Part shown: piece after piece, positions 9,174-17,529 of the stretch
Layout: every line of letters starts with the position of its first letter
How positions within the stretch are numbered: the stretch's first letter is position 1
NCBI GenBank assembly: GCA_016194975.1
Contig: JACQAM010000007.1
Location: forward strand, 255,947 to 319,946
DNA: 64,000 bases
Origin: Bacteroidota bacterium
GTDB taxonomy: Bacteria > Bacteroidota > Bacteroidia > Palsa-965
Direction of reading: 5' to 3'
Notes under the pieces: model-generated
Told to the model about the DNA's origin: nothing
The model's database searches: none
What the model saw: the letters and a program-made list of their open reading frames with translations, nothing else
Position numbers and translations under genes: made by a program

Positions 9174-11561
9174 TCAGAAATCGATTTTATAATAGAACAA
9201 CGGAAGAAATCCCAATTGATATTGCACCACCGTAGGATCATTCGCCGGATGAAGCGGGTTGGGCGAATACGTGAGGCCGAGAGTATTTTTATTGTTCGTG
9301 ATGTTCACCAGGTCGAGCCCGATCTCATGCGTCATACTTTTGGTGTTGTATTTCCACACAACCCTTGCATCGAGACGGAAATAGCCGGAAGAAAATTGTT
9401 TTGTATTTGTCAGTTTCTCATCCAGCACCATATCATTCGCCAGGCGGGATGCAGCCGTATCCACCGGCGTGTAATATCTTTTTCCGGCCATCGTCAGTTT
9501 CAATCCCGTCTCCAGCGTTTGCTTATCATTCAGTTTGAATTCGCGCGCACCCAGAAGATTGACCGCGTAATGCGTATTGAAATCCGTATTGCGCAGAATG
9601 CCATCGCTTCCCCTGTACTTCGAATCAAAAACAGAAACAGTAGACATGAAAAAGAATTTCCTGCTGAAAAATTTCTCCACGGTCAATTCGCCTCCCATGT
9701 TGTAACCGGTTCCCGCATTCACCAGGTCGCCGGGAAAAAACCGGCTGAAACCGCTGCCCTGGTTCAACACAGAAAATGCAGAACTTGTTTTCTCCACCGG
9801 CACATCGTACAAATACTGGTAATACGTTTCCACTTTTATGCGCATGTTCTTCGCTATGGAAATATCGTAACCCAGTATCGCATGCGCACTGCGCATGAAG
9901 CCCACATTTTTATTATGAAGGTCGTACGGCTGCAGATTCGATTCCTGGTGCGTGTAATAAATATACGCCGGCAACATCTGGCTGTGCAATCCCGCACCCA
10001 CGTTGATGGATTGTTTTTCATTGATGCTCCAACGCATTCCTAATCGCGGCTCTACTGCGTAACTTCCATTGAGCGTAAAGTATTGTCCGTGTACTCCCGC
10101 ATTGAAAGTTACTTTATCATTCGGTTTGTATTTCCACTGAACGTAGGGCTGAATGAGAAACGCGCTTCCGGAATAATTCTGCCGGTTGTAAAAAATATTC
10201 GCCTGCTCATCGTGAATAGAATCCAGAAGATTATTGATGAACAGGTCGTTGAACATTCCCGCTTTGATCACATTCTTCACTCCTATTTTTTTCGTCACAT
10301 AAAAATTCAGTGAGAAACGATCTTCCGAATTCCGGTATCCCATTTTCGGCGTGATCGAATCGAGAGCGAAGGTGGTGTCTCTCCAAACGAGATTATGATG
10401 CGCTGCCGAATAACGCGTGCTTCCGGCAACCACCATTCTGAAATACGTATTCTCATTAATTGGTTTTGAATAAACAATTCCGGCCACTCCCATTCCTGTA
10501 TTGAAATACTGATCGCGGTTATCCACACCATACAATTCATCAGCAGGATTTTTATACTGGCTCACGATGATGCTGATCTTACTCGCGCCACCAATTCCGA
10601 ACATGGAAATATTTCCGCCCTTTTTCATTGGGAAATTTAATTTGAATGCGCCATCCTGATAATTCGGAACAGCTCCTGTCCCAATGGGAATATGCGCTGC
10701 TTCAAATAATTTCAACGTGGAATAACGGTACGTAACAAGAAAAGAAGAACCTTTTGTTTTATTGATCGGCCCTTCTCCCGCTAATTCCGTTCCGAGAAAT
10801 CCGAATTGTCCCGTCCATTCATATTTTTCATTGTTGCCGTTTCTCATTCGCAGATCGAAAGCCGCAGCAACAGAATTTCCATACTCCGCCGGAAATGCGC
10901 CGGTGAAAAAATCGGAATTGGCAAGCGTTTTATTATTTAAAATACTCACTGGACCTCCTGTTGTTCCTTCCACCGCAAAATGATTCGGGTTCGGAATATC
11001 CACTCCTTCCAGTCTCCACAAAACTCCCATTGGAGAATTTCCTCTCACCACAATGTCGTTTCGCGAATCATCTGCGCCCTGCACACCCGCGTAGTTGCTC
11101 GCCATGCGCGCAGGGTCGCCGCGACTGCCCGCGTAACGATTCGTTTCTTCCACCGAAAACATTCTTCCGCTTCCGGTACTCATATCATTCACCGTTCCTT
11201 CCCTGTTCGTTCCGGTAATCACTACTTCTTCTTTCGTCACTGCAGATTGTTCGAGTTCCACATCGATCACATTTTCTTTTCCCGAATTCACGATCACGTC
11301 GGGGATGGACGTCGGTTTGTATCCCGCATATTTGAAAACGAGTGTGTATCGTCCCACCTCTACATTATCTATCCGGTAATTTCCGTCGAAGTCAGACGCG
11401 CCTCCTTTTACCACGCTCGAATCTTTCATCAGCGTTACGATCACTCCCGGCAATGGCGACTTCGATTCGAGATCGACAATTTTTCCGCGCACTGTTTGTG
11501 TGTTCTGCGAAAAAAGAATTGCGGGGAGAAAAAGAATTGCGCACAGGAGAAAATTTTTCAT
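9174..11561 (-). CDS. TonB-dependent outer-membrane receptor with N-terminal carboxypeptidase-regulatory-like domain
   Basis: Signal peptide MKNFLLCAILFLPAILFSQ. CarbopepD_reg-like segment (GKIVDLESKSPLPGVIVTL). Plug and long beta-barrel. C-terminal aromatic ending (…YYKIDF). Start moved to the ATG at 11561. Confidence 0.85.
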   Translation of the reverse strand: MKNFLLCAILFLPAILFSQNTQTVRGKIVDLESKSPLPGVIVTLMKDSSVVKGGASDFDGNYRIDNVEVGRYTLVFKYAGYKPTSIPDVIVNSGKENVIDVELEQSAVTKEEVVITGTNREGTVNDMSTGSGRMFSVEETNRYAGSRGDPARMASNYAGVQGADDSRNDIVVRGNSPMGVLWRLEGVDIPNPNHFAVEGTTGGPVSILNNKTLANSDFFTGAFPAEYGNSVAAAFDLRMRNGNNEKYEWTGQFGFLGTELAGEGPINKTKGSSFLVTYRYSTLKLFEAAHIPIGTGAVPNYQDGAFKLNFPMKKGGNISMFGIGGASKISIIVSQYKNPADELYGVDNRDQYFNTGMGVAGIVYSKPINENTYFRMVVAGSTRYSAAHHNLVWRDTTFALDSITPKMGYRNSEDRFSLNFYVTKKIGVKNVIKAGMFNDLFINNLLDSIHDEQANIFYNRQNYSGSAFLIQPYVQWKYKPNDKVTFNAGVHGQYFTLNGSYAVEPRLGMRWSINEKQSINVGAGLHSQMLPAYIYYTHQESNLQPYDLHNKNVGFMRSAHAILGYDISIAKNMRIKVETYYQYLYDVPVEKTSSAFSVLNQGSGFSRFFPGDLVNAGTGYNMGGELTVEKFFSRKFFFMSTVSVFDSKYRGSDGILRNTDFNTHYAVNLLGAREFKLNDKQTLETGLKLTMAGKRYYTPVDTAASRLANDMVLDEKLTNTKQFSSGYFRLDARVVWKYNTKSMTHEIGLDLVNITNNKNTLGLTYSPNPLHPANDPTVVQYQLGFLPLFYYKIDF

Positions 11562-11699
11562 CGGGGATTTTTTTGTTTCCGTCAAAAATAACCAGAAGAA
11601 CATTCCGTGCAAGAGTCGTTGCAAAATGAGCATCACAAAGTTTTACAGAAGTATTAACTGCAAATTTCAATTACGGAGTCAATTGATTTTTGCAAATAA

Positions 11700-11845
11700 T
11701 AATCAGGAGCGCAACAGCAGTTCATCAAAGTTGCCCGCCCGCCCGAATGCGATTGCAATGGGGATCGGGCGTGCTCCTGTCCTGCTACCGCAATGTCGGA
11801 GCCAGTTGCGGTATCAGGGCTAGTGATGTTGGTCCGGTTCATTAA
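11700..11845 (-). ncRNA. candidate structured cis-regulatory RNA or small RNA upstream of the TonB-dependent receptor gene
   Basis: A GC-rich island in an AT-rich spacer has nested complementary arms: CAGGAGC/GCTCCTG enclosing GCCCGA/TCGGGC, plus ACCGCAA/TTGCGGT and GCAAC/GTTGC. No Rfam class could be assigned by eye. Confidence 0.25.
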
Positions 11846-11877
11846 ATTCACATCGTCCTGCTTTTTTTGAAAAAAAA

Positions 11878-12909
11878 TTACCATTTATAATTCTTCACCG
11901 TCTCCACGAACAACTTCACTTTTTCTTTTTCCATATCGGGATACAATCCGTGGCCGAGATTGGCAATATGTTTTTGCGGGCCAAACGCACGCAGCATTTT
12001 TTCTGTTTCAGCCACAATTGTTTTTTCATCGGCGTACAGCAAACACGGATCGGCATTCCCCTGCAAAGTTTTATTTTCTCCAATGATTTTTCTCGATTCC
12101 GCTGCTTCCATCGTCCAGTCGAGGCCGATCACATCACAATTTATTTTTCCGAGTTCTTCGCGGATGAAATGCGCATCTTTTGCAAAAACAGTTACAGGAG
12201 CAAGCGGACTGATCTCATCACAGATCTCAGAAATAAAACGCAAAGCAAATTCGCGATACATTTCCGGTGAAAGAATTCCCGCCCACGAATCGAAAAGCTG
12301 CACCATATCGGCGCCTGCTTTTATCTGCGCTTTTAAGTAATGAATAGTTGAAATGGAAATTTTTTCGAGCAACTCATGCGCAAGTAGCGGCTGCGTGTAA
12401 AGAAATTTTTTCGCTTTCGAAAAAGTTTTTGATCCGCTTCCTTCCACCATGTAAGCGAGAATCGTCCACGGTGCACCGGCAAATCCTATGAGCGGAGCTC
12501 TGCCGCCCAGCGCTTCTTTCGCAATTCTGATCGCATCGCACACGTACGAGAGATCATTTTCCCCATTGGCAATTTTCAGTTTGTCGATATCTTCTTTCGA
12601 AGAAATCGTTTTTTCAAACCACGGCCCGCGCGCTTCCACCATTTTGTAAGGAAGTCCCATCGCTTCGGGAATAACGAGTATATCAGAAAAAATAATTGCC
12701 GCATCTACTTTGAGAATGTCCACCGGCTGCACGGTAACTTCTGCAGCGAGTTCCGGATTTTTTACCAGTTCAATGAATCCTCCGATCTTTTTTCTCACCT
12801 CGCGATATTCGGGCAACACTCTTCCCGCCTGCCGCATCAGCCACACGGGAGTGCGTTCTGTTTTTTCGCCGCGAGCTGCTTTTAAAATAAGATCGTTTTG
12901 TAATAGCAT
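11878..12909 (-). CDS. hemE: uroporphyrinogen decarboxylase
   Basis: N-terminal signature [13 protein letters not shown]. Length 343 aa. Confidence 0.95.
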   Translation of the reverse strand: MLLQNDLILKAARGEKTERTPVWLMRQAGRVLPEYREVRKKIGGFIELVKNPELAAEVTVQPVDILKVDAAIIFSDILVIPEAMGLPYKMVEARGPWFEKTISSKEDIDKLKIANGENDLSYVCDAIRIAKEALGGRAPLIGFAGAPWTILAYMVEGSGSKTFSKAKKFLYTQPLLAHELLEKISISTIHYLKAQIKAGADMVQLFDSWAGILSPEMYREFALRFISEICDEISPLAPVTVFAKDAHFIREELGKINCDVIGLDWTMEAAESRKIIGENKTLQGNADPCLLYADEKTIVAETEKMLRAFGPQKHIANLGHGLYPDMEKEKVKLFVETVKNYKW

Positions 12910-12918
12910 TTCCGGAGA

Positions 12919-13245
12919 TTATTTTATTTGATCAGCAATGAATTTCAATTCGGCGTCAGAAATTGTTGCCCGTTCCGATTTATCATAAATAGCAGCGAGG
13001 TAAACTGTGCGGGATACCACCCTGACCAATGTAATCACTCTTGCGCCGCCGCTTTTTCCTTTTCCTTTACTTGAAATTGCCATACGCACTTTATAGAAGC
13101 CATTTCCCAAAGGCGTACCCTGAACCGGATTTGTTTCAAGAGCAATAACAAGTTGCGAAAGATCCTTCCTTATGGAGCGATACTTTTTATAAAGTCGTTT
13201 GGCTTCTCTTTCAAATGAAGGAAGTACTTCAACCTTATAATTCAT
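12919..13245 (-). CDS. type II toxin-antitoxin system toxin, RelE/ParE superfamily
   Basis: 108 aa with …YKVRMAISSKGKGKSGGARVITL… typical of RelE/ParE-fold toxins. It overlaps the upstream small gene by 11 nt. Confidence 0.75.
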   Translation of the reverse strand: MNYKVEVLPSFEREAKRLYKKYRSIRKDLSQLVIALETNPVQGTPLGNGFYKVRMAISSKGKGKSGGARVITLVRVVSRTVYLAAIYDKSERATISDAELKFIADQIK

Positions 13246-13453
13246 TCAGGAATTTTTGTGCTGATCTTGATTTTAACTTTCCCTTCGCTGCCTGCTTCGC
13301 TTCCATCATTCCGGTCACTACATCCTGAACAAGTTTTTCTTTCTGTTTATTCACCGGTTTCTTTTCTGATACGTGAACAAAACCGAGACTCTTCATCAAT
13401 TCGAGGAAGAATTTATATTTTGAATCATCAATGGATACCGTGACCTGTTTCAT
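13235..13453 (-). CDS. putative antitoxin partner of the RelE/ParE toxin
   Basis: 72-aa basic ORF (MKQVTVSIDDSKYKFF…) immediately upstream of the toxin and overlapping it. Called by position and size only. Confidence 0.5.
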   Translation of the reverse strand: MKQVTVSIDDSKYKFFLELMKSLGFVHVSEKKPVNKQKEKLVQDVVTGMMEAKQAAKGKLKSRSAQKFLNEL

Positions 13454-13502
13454 GATGAACAAATTTACGAAAATGAATTCATACTGGCCGTGATTCATAT
13501 CT

Positions 13503-14750
13503 TTGCACAAATCATTTTTTGTGAGCGCAGAAAATCATTCGTTCGATGTGATCGTTGTAGGAGGAGGATGTGTCGGTTTAGCAGCGGCGTACAAGATCAA
13601 TCTTCGTCATCCTCATCTGAAAGTTGCGGTGCTTGAAAAAGAAGATCATCTTTCTCCGCACCAGACGGGACATAATTCCGGAGTGATACATTCAGGAATT
13701 TATTACAAGCCCGGTTCTTACAAAGCGAAAACCTGCGTTGACGGGAGAAGGGAGATCGTTGCGTTCGCCAAAGAACATAAAATCGCGATCGACATTTGCG
13801 GAAAATTAATTGTTGCCACGCACGAGAGCGAGCTCGCGCACATGAATAAAGTGTACAACAACGGCGTGGCGAATGGCGTGGAAGATCTCGAACTCATTGA
13901 CAAAAAAAGAATAAAAGAAATTGAACCGTTCGCCGAAGGTATCGCGGGCATACGCGTGGGCTGCACGGGCATCATTGATTTTCCGGCAGTAACGGTGAAA
14001 CTCGGTGAGCTGATCGAAAAACAATTTGAGGGAAGTAAAATTTTTCTTTCCACCGAAGCGAAAGATTTTGTGCACAAAGAAAATTCCACCGACATCATTA
14101 CGAACAAAGGAATTTTTAATGCAAAATATATTGTTACCTGCGGTGGATTGCAAAGCGATCGTCTCGCAAAAAAAGAAGGAGCAAAGTCAGACGCGGCGAT
14201 CGTGGGATTTCGCGGCGATTATTACGATCTCACGGAAAAAGGAATGAAAAAAGTGAATCATCTCATTTATCCTGTTCCGAATCCGAAGTATCCTTTTCTC
14301 GGTGTGCATTTCACGCGCATGGTTCATGGCGGGGTGGAATGCGGGCCGAACGCAGTTTTTGTTTTCAAGCGCGAAGGTTATGGAAAAACATCCTTCAGTT
14401 TCCGCGATACATTTTCCGCTTTCGGTTTCGGCGGCACCTGGAAATTCTTTGCGAAGAATATGAAATTCGGTTTCGATGAATACCGTGGTGCATTCTCAAA
14501 AAGATTTTTCCTGAAACGATTACGCACACTTATTCCTTCACTCGAAAAAGACGACATCGTTTCTTCGCGCAGTGGCGTACGCGCAATGGCGCTCTCACGC
14601 GAGGGAAACATGATCGATGATTTTAAAATTGAAACCAATAAAAATGCGATCCACGTTCTGAACGCTCCGTCTCCGGCTGCTACTGCATGTCTTGCAATAG
14701 GAAAAGCGATAGAAGAAATGGCAACGGAAAAATTTGCTCTGGCGAGATAA
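13503..14750 (+). CDS. lhgO: L-2-hydroxyglutarate oxidase/dehydrogenase (FAD-dependent)
   Basis: FAD fold VIVVGGGCVGLA. Strong resemblance along the whole length to E. coli LhgO/YgaF (HQTGHNSGVIHSGIYY, HLIYPVPNPKYPFLGVHFTR, NAPSPAATA). Confidence 0.8.
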   Translation: MHKSFFVSAENHSFDVIVVGGGCVGLAAAYKINLRHPHLKVAVLEKEDHLSPHQTGHNSGVIHSGIYYKPGSYKAKTCVDGRREIVAFAKEHKIAIDICGKLIVATHESELAHMNKVYNNGVANGVEDLELIDKKRIKEIEPFAEGIAGIRVGCTGIIDFPAVTVKLGELIEKQFEGSKIFLSTEAKDFVHKENSTDIITNKGIFNAKYIVTCGGLQSDRLAKKEGAKSDAAIVGFRGDYYDLTEKGMKKVNHLIYPVPNPKYPFLGVHFTRMVHGGVECGPNAVFVFKREGYGKTSFSFRDTFSAFGFGGTWKFFAKNMKFGFDEYRGAFSKRFFLKRLRTLIPSLEKDDIVSSRSGVRAMALSREGNMIDDFKIETNKNAIHVLNAPSPAATACLAIGKAIEEMATEKFALAR

Positions 14751-14760
14751 CTGTGAAGGG

Positions 14761-14804
14761 GGAGGATTACGGATTTTCTACGGAGAATACAGATTACAGA
14801 TTGA
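14761..14804. repeat. copy of the GGAGGATTACGGAT…ATACAGATTACAGATTGA short intergenic repeat
   Basis: Shares both motif halves with copies at 15470-15555, 16616-16706, 17067-17107 and inverted at 17157-17196. Confidence 0.55.
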
Positions 14805-14837
14805 TCTAATCTACGGATCTCACATTCCACATGATTT

Positions 14838-14965
14838 GGTAGTGGCTCAGTTTGCTCTTTTCCGATTCAACTTCGCGCCTTGGCGCCTTCGCGGTTCCTA
14901 AACCATTCTTTTATTAAACCGCAAAGACGCTAAGGCGCTAAGAATTTTCAAACTGACCCACTACC
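14838..14965. mobile_element. MITE copy A (about 128 bp) with 17-bp terminal inverted repeats, flanked by the 8-bp direct repeat CATGATTT
   Basis: Ends GGTAGTGGCTCAGTTTG … CAAACTGACCCACTACC. Flanks CATGATTT at 14830-14837 and again at 14966-14973. Near-identical inverted copy at 51873-52000. Confidence 0.7.
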
Positions 14966-15021
14966 CATGATTTTCGTTTTCGATAAGTAATCACTACATT
15001 TCTTATCGCAACATCCCTGAC

Positions 15022-15456
15022 ATGAAATATTTTCTGCTTTTCTCCACATTCTTCTTCCTCCCGATGTTTCGGGACTCCATTCTCAATGCGCAGACCGATT
15101 CCACTTTTGTTGGCAAATGGACGTGCACGGTGGTCGCAGACGAAAGCAGCAGAAGTTCATACCTGGATCTCAAGAGTGATAGTACGTTCGTATCCGGATC
15201 TGATTCCAGCTTTAAAGACCTCAGTAAACAAATGGCGACGGGAATGTGGAAAATTAATTCAAAGGGAGAAATCATTCTCATTCCGAAAGACACAACGCTG
15301 GAAACGCATTATTTCGAACATGTCGATCACTGGAAATTCCATTATTGCCTGAACGAAAGGCATGGACAGACTTATCCTGTCGCCGTTATGGAGATGCAGT
15401 TTGATATTTATCTTGAGAAAATAATTCCAAAAGCAAAAAGAAAACGAGGCAGATAA
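15022..15456 (+). CDS. hypothetical secreted protein (paralog 1 of a tandem pair)
   Basis: Signal peptide. Mature part begins QTDSTFVGKWT. About 40% identical to the next gene. Confidence 0.55.
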   Translation: MKYFLLFSTFFFLPMFRDSILNAQTDSTFVGKWTCTVVADESSRSSYLDLKSDSTFVSGSDSSFKDLSKQMATGMWKINSKGEIILIPKDTTLETHYFEHVDHWKFHYCLNERHGQTYPVAVMEMQFDIYLEKIIPKAKRKRGR

Positions 15457-15469
15457 AATAAGAATTCCG

Positions 15470-15555
15470 GGAGGGAGGATTACAGATTTCACGCCCGCCT
15501 GAATGACGAAGTCGGGCAGGATATACGGATTACAAATCAGAACTGATCTACAGAT
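15470..15555. repeat. copy of the GGAGGATTAC(A/G)GAT / ATACGGATTACA intergenic repeat, with an inserted GCCCG…CGGGC hairpin
   Basis: GGGAGGGAGGATTACAGATTT … ATACGGATTACAAATCAG … ATCTACAGAT. Confidence 0.45.
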
Positions 15556-15580
15556 AAGTTTACCGGCAAATACCTTATTC

Positions 15581-16003
15581 ATGAAAAAGTTTCTATTCTT
15601 ATTTCTCCTCCTTCCATTCTCCATTCTCCATTCTCAAACAGATTCTACTTATGTTGGCAAATGGAAATTCCTTGTGGATGCCGGTGAAAAAGGAACTTCT
15701 GTTTCTTTCTTGCTGCTTAAAGCCGACAGCACTTTCATTACCGGCGCCGATTCCACTTTCAGAAACTCAGCTAAAAAAACTGCAGATGGGAAATGGAAGA
15801 TTACTCCGGAAGGAGAAATAAAACTCGTTCCTTCCGATACATCACGCGAGGCGCATTACTACAAACACATGGACGGATGGAAATTCAAATATTCAAAAAC
15901 AGAAAAGAACGGAGTGGTTTCCCCTGTGCAGTTGATGGAGATGGATATTTACCTCGAGAAAATTATTTATGCAAAGAAAGAAAAAGAAAAGAAAAATAAA
16001 TGA
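15581..16003 (+). CDS. hypothetical secreted protein (paralog 2 of a tandem pair)
   Basis: Signal peptide MKKFLFLFLLLPFSILHSQ. Mature part begins TDSTYVGKWK. Lys-rich tail. Start moved to the ATG at 15581. Confidence 0.55.
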   Translation: MKKFLFLFLLLPFSILHSQTDSTYVGKWKFLVDAGEKGTSVSFLLLKADSTFITGADSTFRNSAKKTADGKWKITPEGEIKLVPSDTSREAHYYKHMDGWKFKYSKTEKNGVVSPVQLMEMDIYLEKIIYAKKEKEKKNK

Positions 16004-16035
16004 GTCGTTAATTTTCTTCTGCCGCTAACAACTGC

Positions 16036-16584
16036 CTACTGTTTACTGCCTTCTGTTTTTTCTCCTTCAAACTGATCTTCCTTATTCCTGAAAAGAACAT
16101 TGAACGTAGTAAGCGATCCATAAATTTTTGTGATGTATTGCTGCATATCCACTTTTTCTTCGTCAGAAAGTTTCGCGTGCGCGTTGATCTTCTGTTCGAG
16201 CACACGCAGGCGGTCGCGCAGCATGACGATCTTATGAAAAAAAGTTTCGATCGGAATTTCTTTCGGTTTGAGCGAAGTGTCGGCTGGCTGCATGAGGAGT
16301 GTTCCTCCTTCCCATTTTCCACCGAGCTCAATGTTCATTGAAATATCGCTGTAGTCTTCGAGTACTTTGCGTAATGTTCTTTCCAGTTCTTCCATGTCAA
16401 TTTGATTTTTATTTTTTTCTTCGCCGGGCAATGCAACGAGCGTAAGCAGATCAGCATTCCGTTTTACAATTTCTATAACACCTCGTTTACCGAAATCGAT
16501 CAGCCAGGAAAAATTTTTTTCTTCCATGACTTTCCCTTTGCCATAATGTTCGTGATCGATGATCGTGCCGGGAATGATCTCCAT
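16036..16584 (-). CDS. hypothetical protein
   Basis: 182 aa from the ATG at 16584 (MEIIPGTIIDHEHYGKGKV…). No recognised domain. The track ORF is 5'-extended. Confidence 0.45.
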   Translation of the reverse strand: MEIIPGTIIDHEHYGKGKVMEEKNFSWLIDFGKRGVIEIVKRNADLLTLVALPGEEKNKNQIDMEELERTLRKVLEDYSDISMNIELGGKWEGGTLLMQPADTSLKPKEIPIETFFHKIVMLRDRLRVLEQKINAHAKLSDEEKVDMQQYITKIYGSLTTFNVLFRNKEDQFEGEKTEGSKQ

Positions 16585-16615
16585 ATTTTTTATAGTGCCC
16601 CAATATACAAAGACT

Positions 16616-16706
16616 GAATTACAGATTACTCCATTACAAATTGAGCAACGACCGCTCCGGTTGAAAACAATTAATCTGTAATTTGTAATCAATATATCTG
16701 TAATCT
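16616..16706. repeat. inverted-repeat element built from ATTACAGATTAC / ATTACAAATT units
   Basis: Left AATTACAGATTACTCCATTACAAATTG; right reverse-complement GATTACAAATTACAGATTAATTG. It lies in the divergent promoter region. Confidence 0.45.
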
Positions 16707-17066
16707 ATGCGGTTAGACAAATGGCTTTGGTGTGTGCGCATTTTCAAAACGAGAACGCATGCATCGAACGCGTGCAAAGGAGGAAAAATAAAAATGAACG
16801 GTGAAGCGGCAAAAGCTTCAAAAGAAATAAAAGCCGGGGACGAAATAAATTTTAAATCGGGTGTGATTACAAAAACTATCCGTGTAAAAGATTTTCCGAA
16901 GAATCGCATCGCGGGAAAAGTTGCAAAAGATTTTTATGATGACCTCACTTCTCCGGAAGAATATGAGCGATTGAAAATGATGAAAGAAATGGGGCCTCCT
17001 GTTTTCTTCACCGGCAAAGGCCGCCCTACAAAAAAGGATCGCAGAAGATTAGATGGCCTGTTGTAG
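16707..17066 (+). CDS. RNA-binding S4 domain protein (Hsp15-like)
   Basis: N-terminal MRLDKWLWCVRIFKTR…, typical of S4-domain heat-shock protein 15-like proteins. Basic C-terminus. Confidence 0.7.
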   Translation: MRLDKWLWCVRIFKTRTHASNACKGGKIKMNGEAAKASKEIKAGDEINFKSGVITKTIRVKDFPKNRIAGKVAKDFYDDLTSPEEYERLKMMKEMGPPVFFTGKGRPTKKDRRRLDGLL

Positions 17067-17196
17067 GGAGAATTACGGATCTTGCGGGATACAGATTACA
17101 GATTGAAAAAAAATTTGAAACAAATACTTAATCAAAATCCAACGAACCACCCTTTCTGTAATCCGCATATTTGTATGATTCGTAATCCTCCCCCCT
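17067..17196. repeat. about 130-bp element with about 40-bp inverted ends of the GGAGGATTACG…GGATTACAG repeat family
   Basis: Left GGGAGAATTACGGATCTTGCGGGATACAGATTACAGATTG; right (reverse-complement) GGGGGGAGGATTACGAATCATACAAATATGCGGATTACAG. Confidence 0.5.
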
Positions 17197-17226
17197 GTTA
17201 GCTATCTTTGAACAACTAACCGGCGT

Positions 17227-17496
17227 ATGGCTGAATTTAACTTCGATGAGCTGAAAATGAAACTGGAAAAGAATTCCTGGCCCCAGGTTTACATGTTCAA
17301 ATTCATCATTCCATCCAACAACCAGAAAATAGCGATCGTGCAGGGTTTCTTCGAAGACGATGCAGAAATTTCGCTTCATCCTTCTTCCAATGGAAAATAC
17401 ACCAGCATCACATCGAAACAAGTCATGCTCTCGGCCGAATCGGTCATTGACATTTACAAAAAAGCATCTGCTATAGAAGGAATCATCTCGCTCTGA
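17227..17496 (+). CDS. DUF493/YbeD-like (UPF0250) family protein
   Basis: 89 aa. The segment PSSNGKYTSITS corresponds to PSSKGNYHSVSI in E. coli YbeD, with the same overall layout. Confidence 0.6.
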   Translation: MAEFNFDELKMKLEKNSWPQVYMFKFIIPSNNQKIAIVQGFFEDDAEISLHPSSNGKYTSITSKQVMLSAESVIDIYKKASAIEGIISL

Positions 17497-17529
17497 TCTT
17501 TAATTTCAAAATTTCAATTCACAATCACC

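Noticed and set aside
9216-10043. 275-aa plus-strand ORF
   Set aside because: It is antisense to the TonB-dependent receptor gene. It has a His/Arg-rich low-complexity translation and no start context.
11700-11845. Cobalamin riboswitch hypothesis for the structured element upstream of the TonB-dependent receptor
   Set aside because: There is only a weak resemblance (CCGCAACTGG) to the CCCGCAACTGTAA core. No convincing B12 box (AGYCAGGAGACCTGCC) or GGGAA/GGTG elements were found. It is kept as an unclassified structured element.
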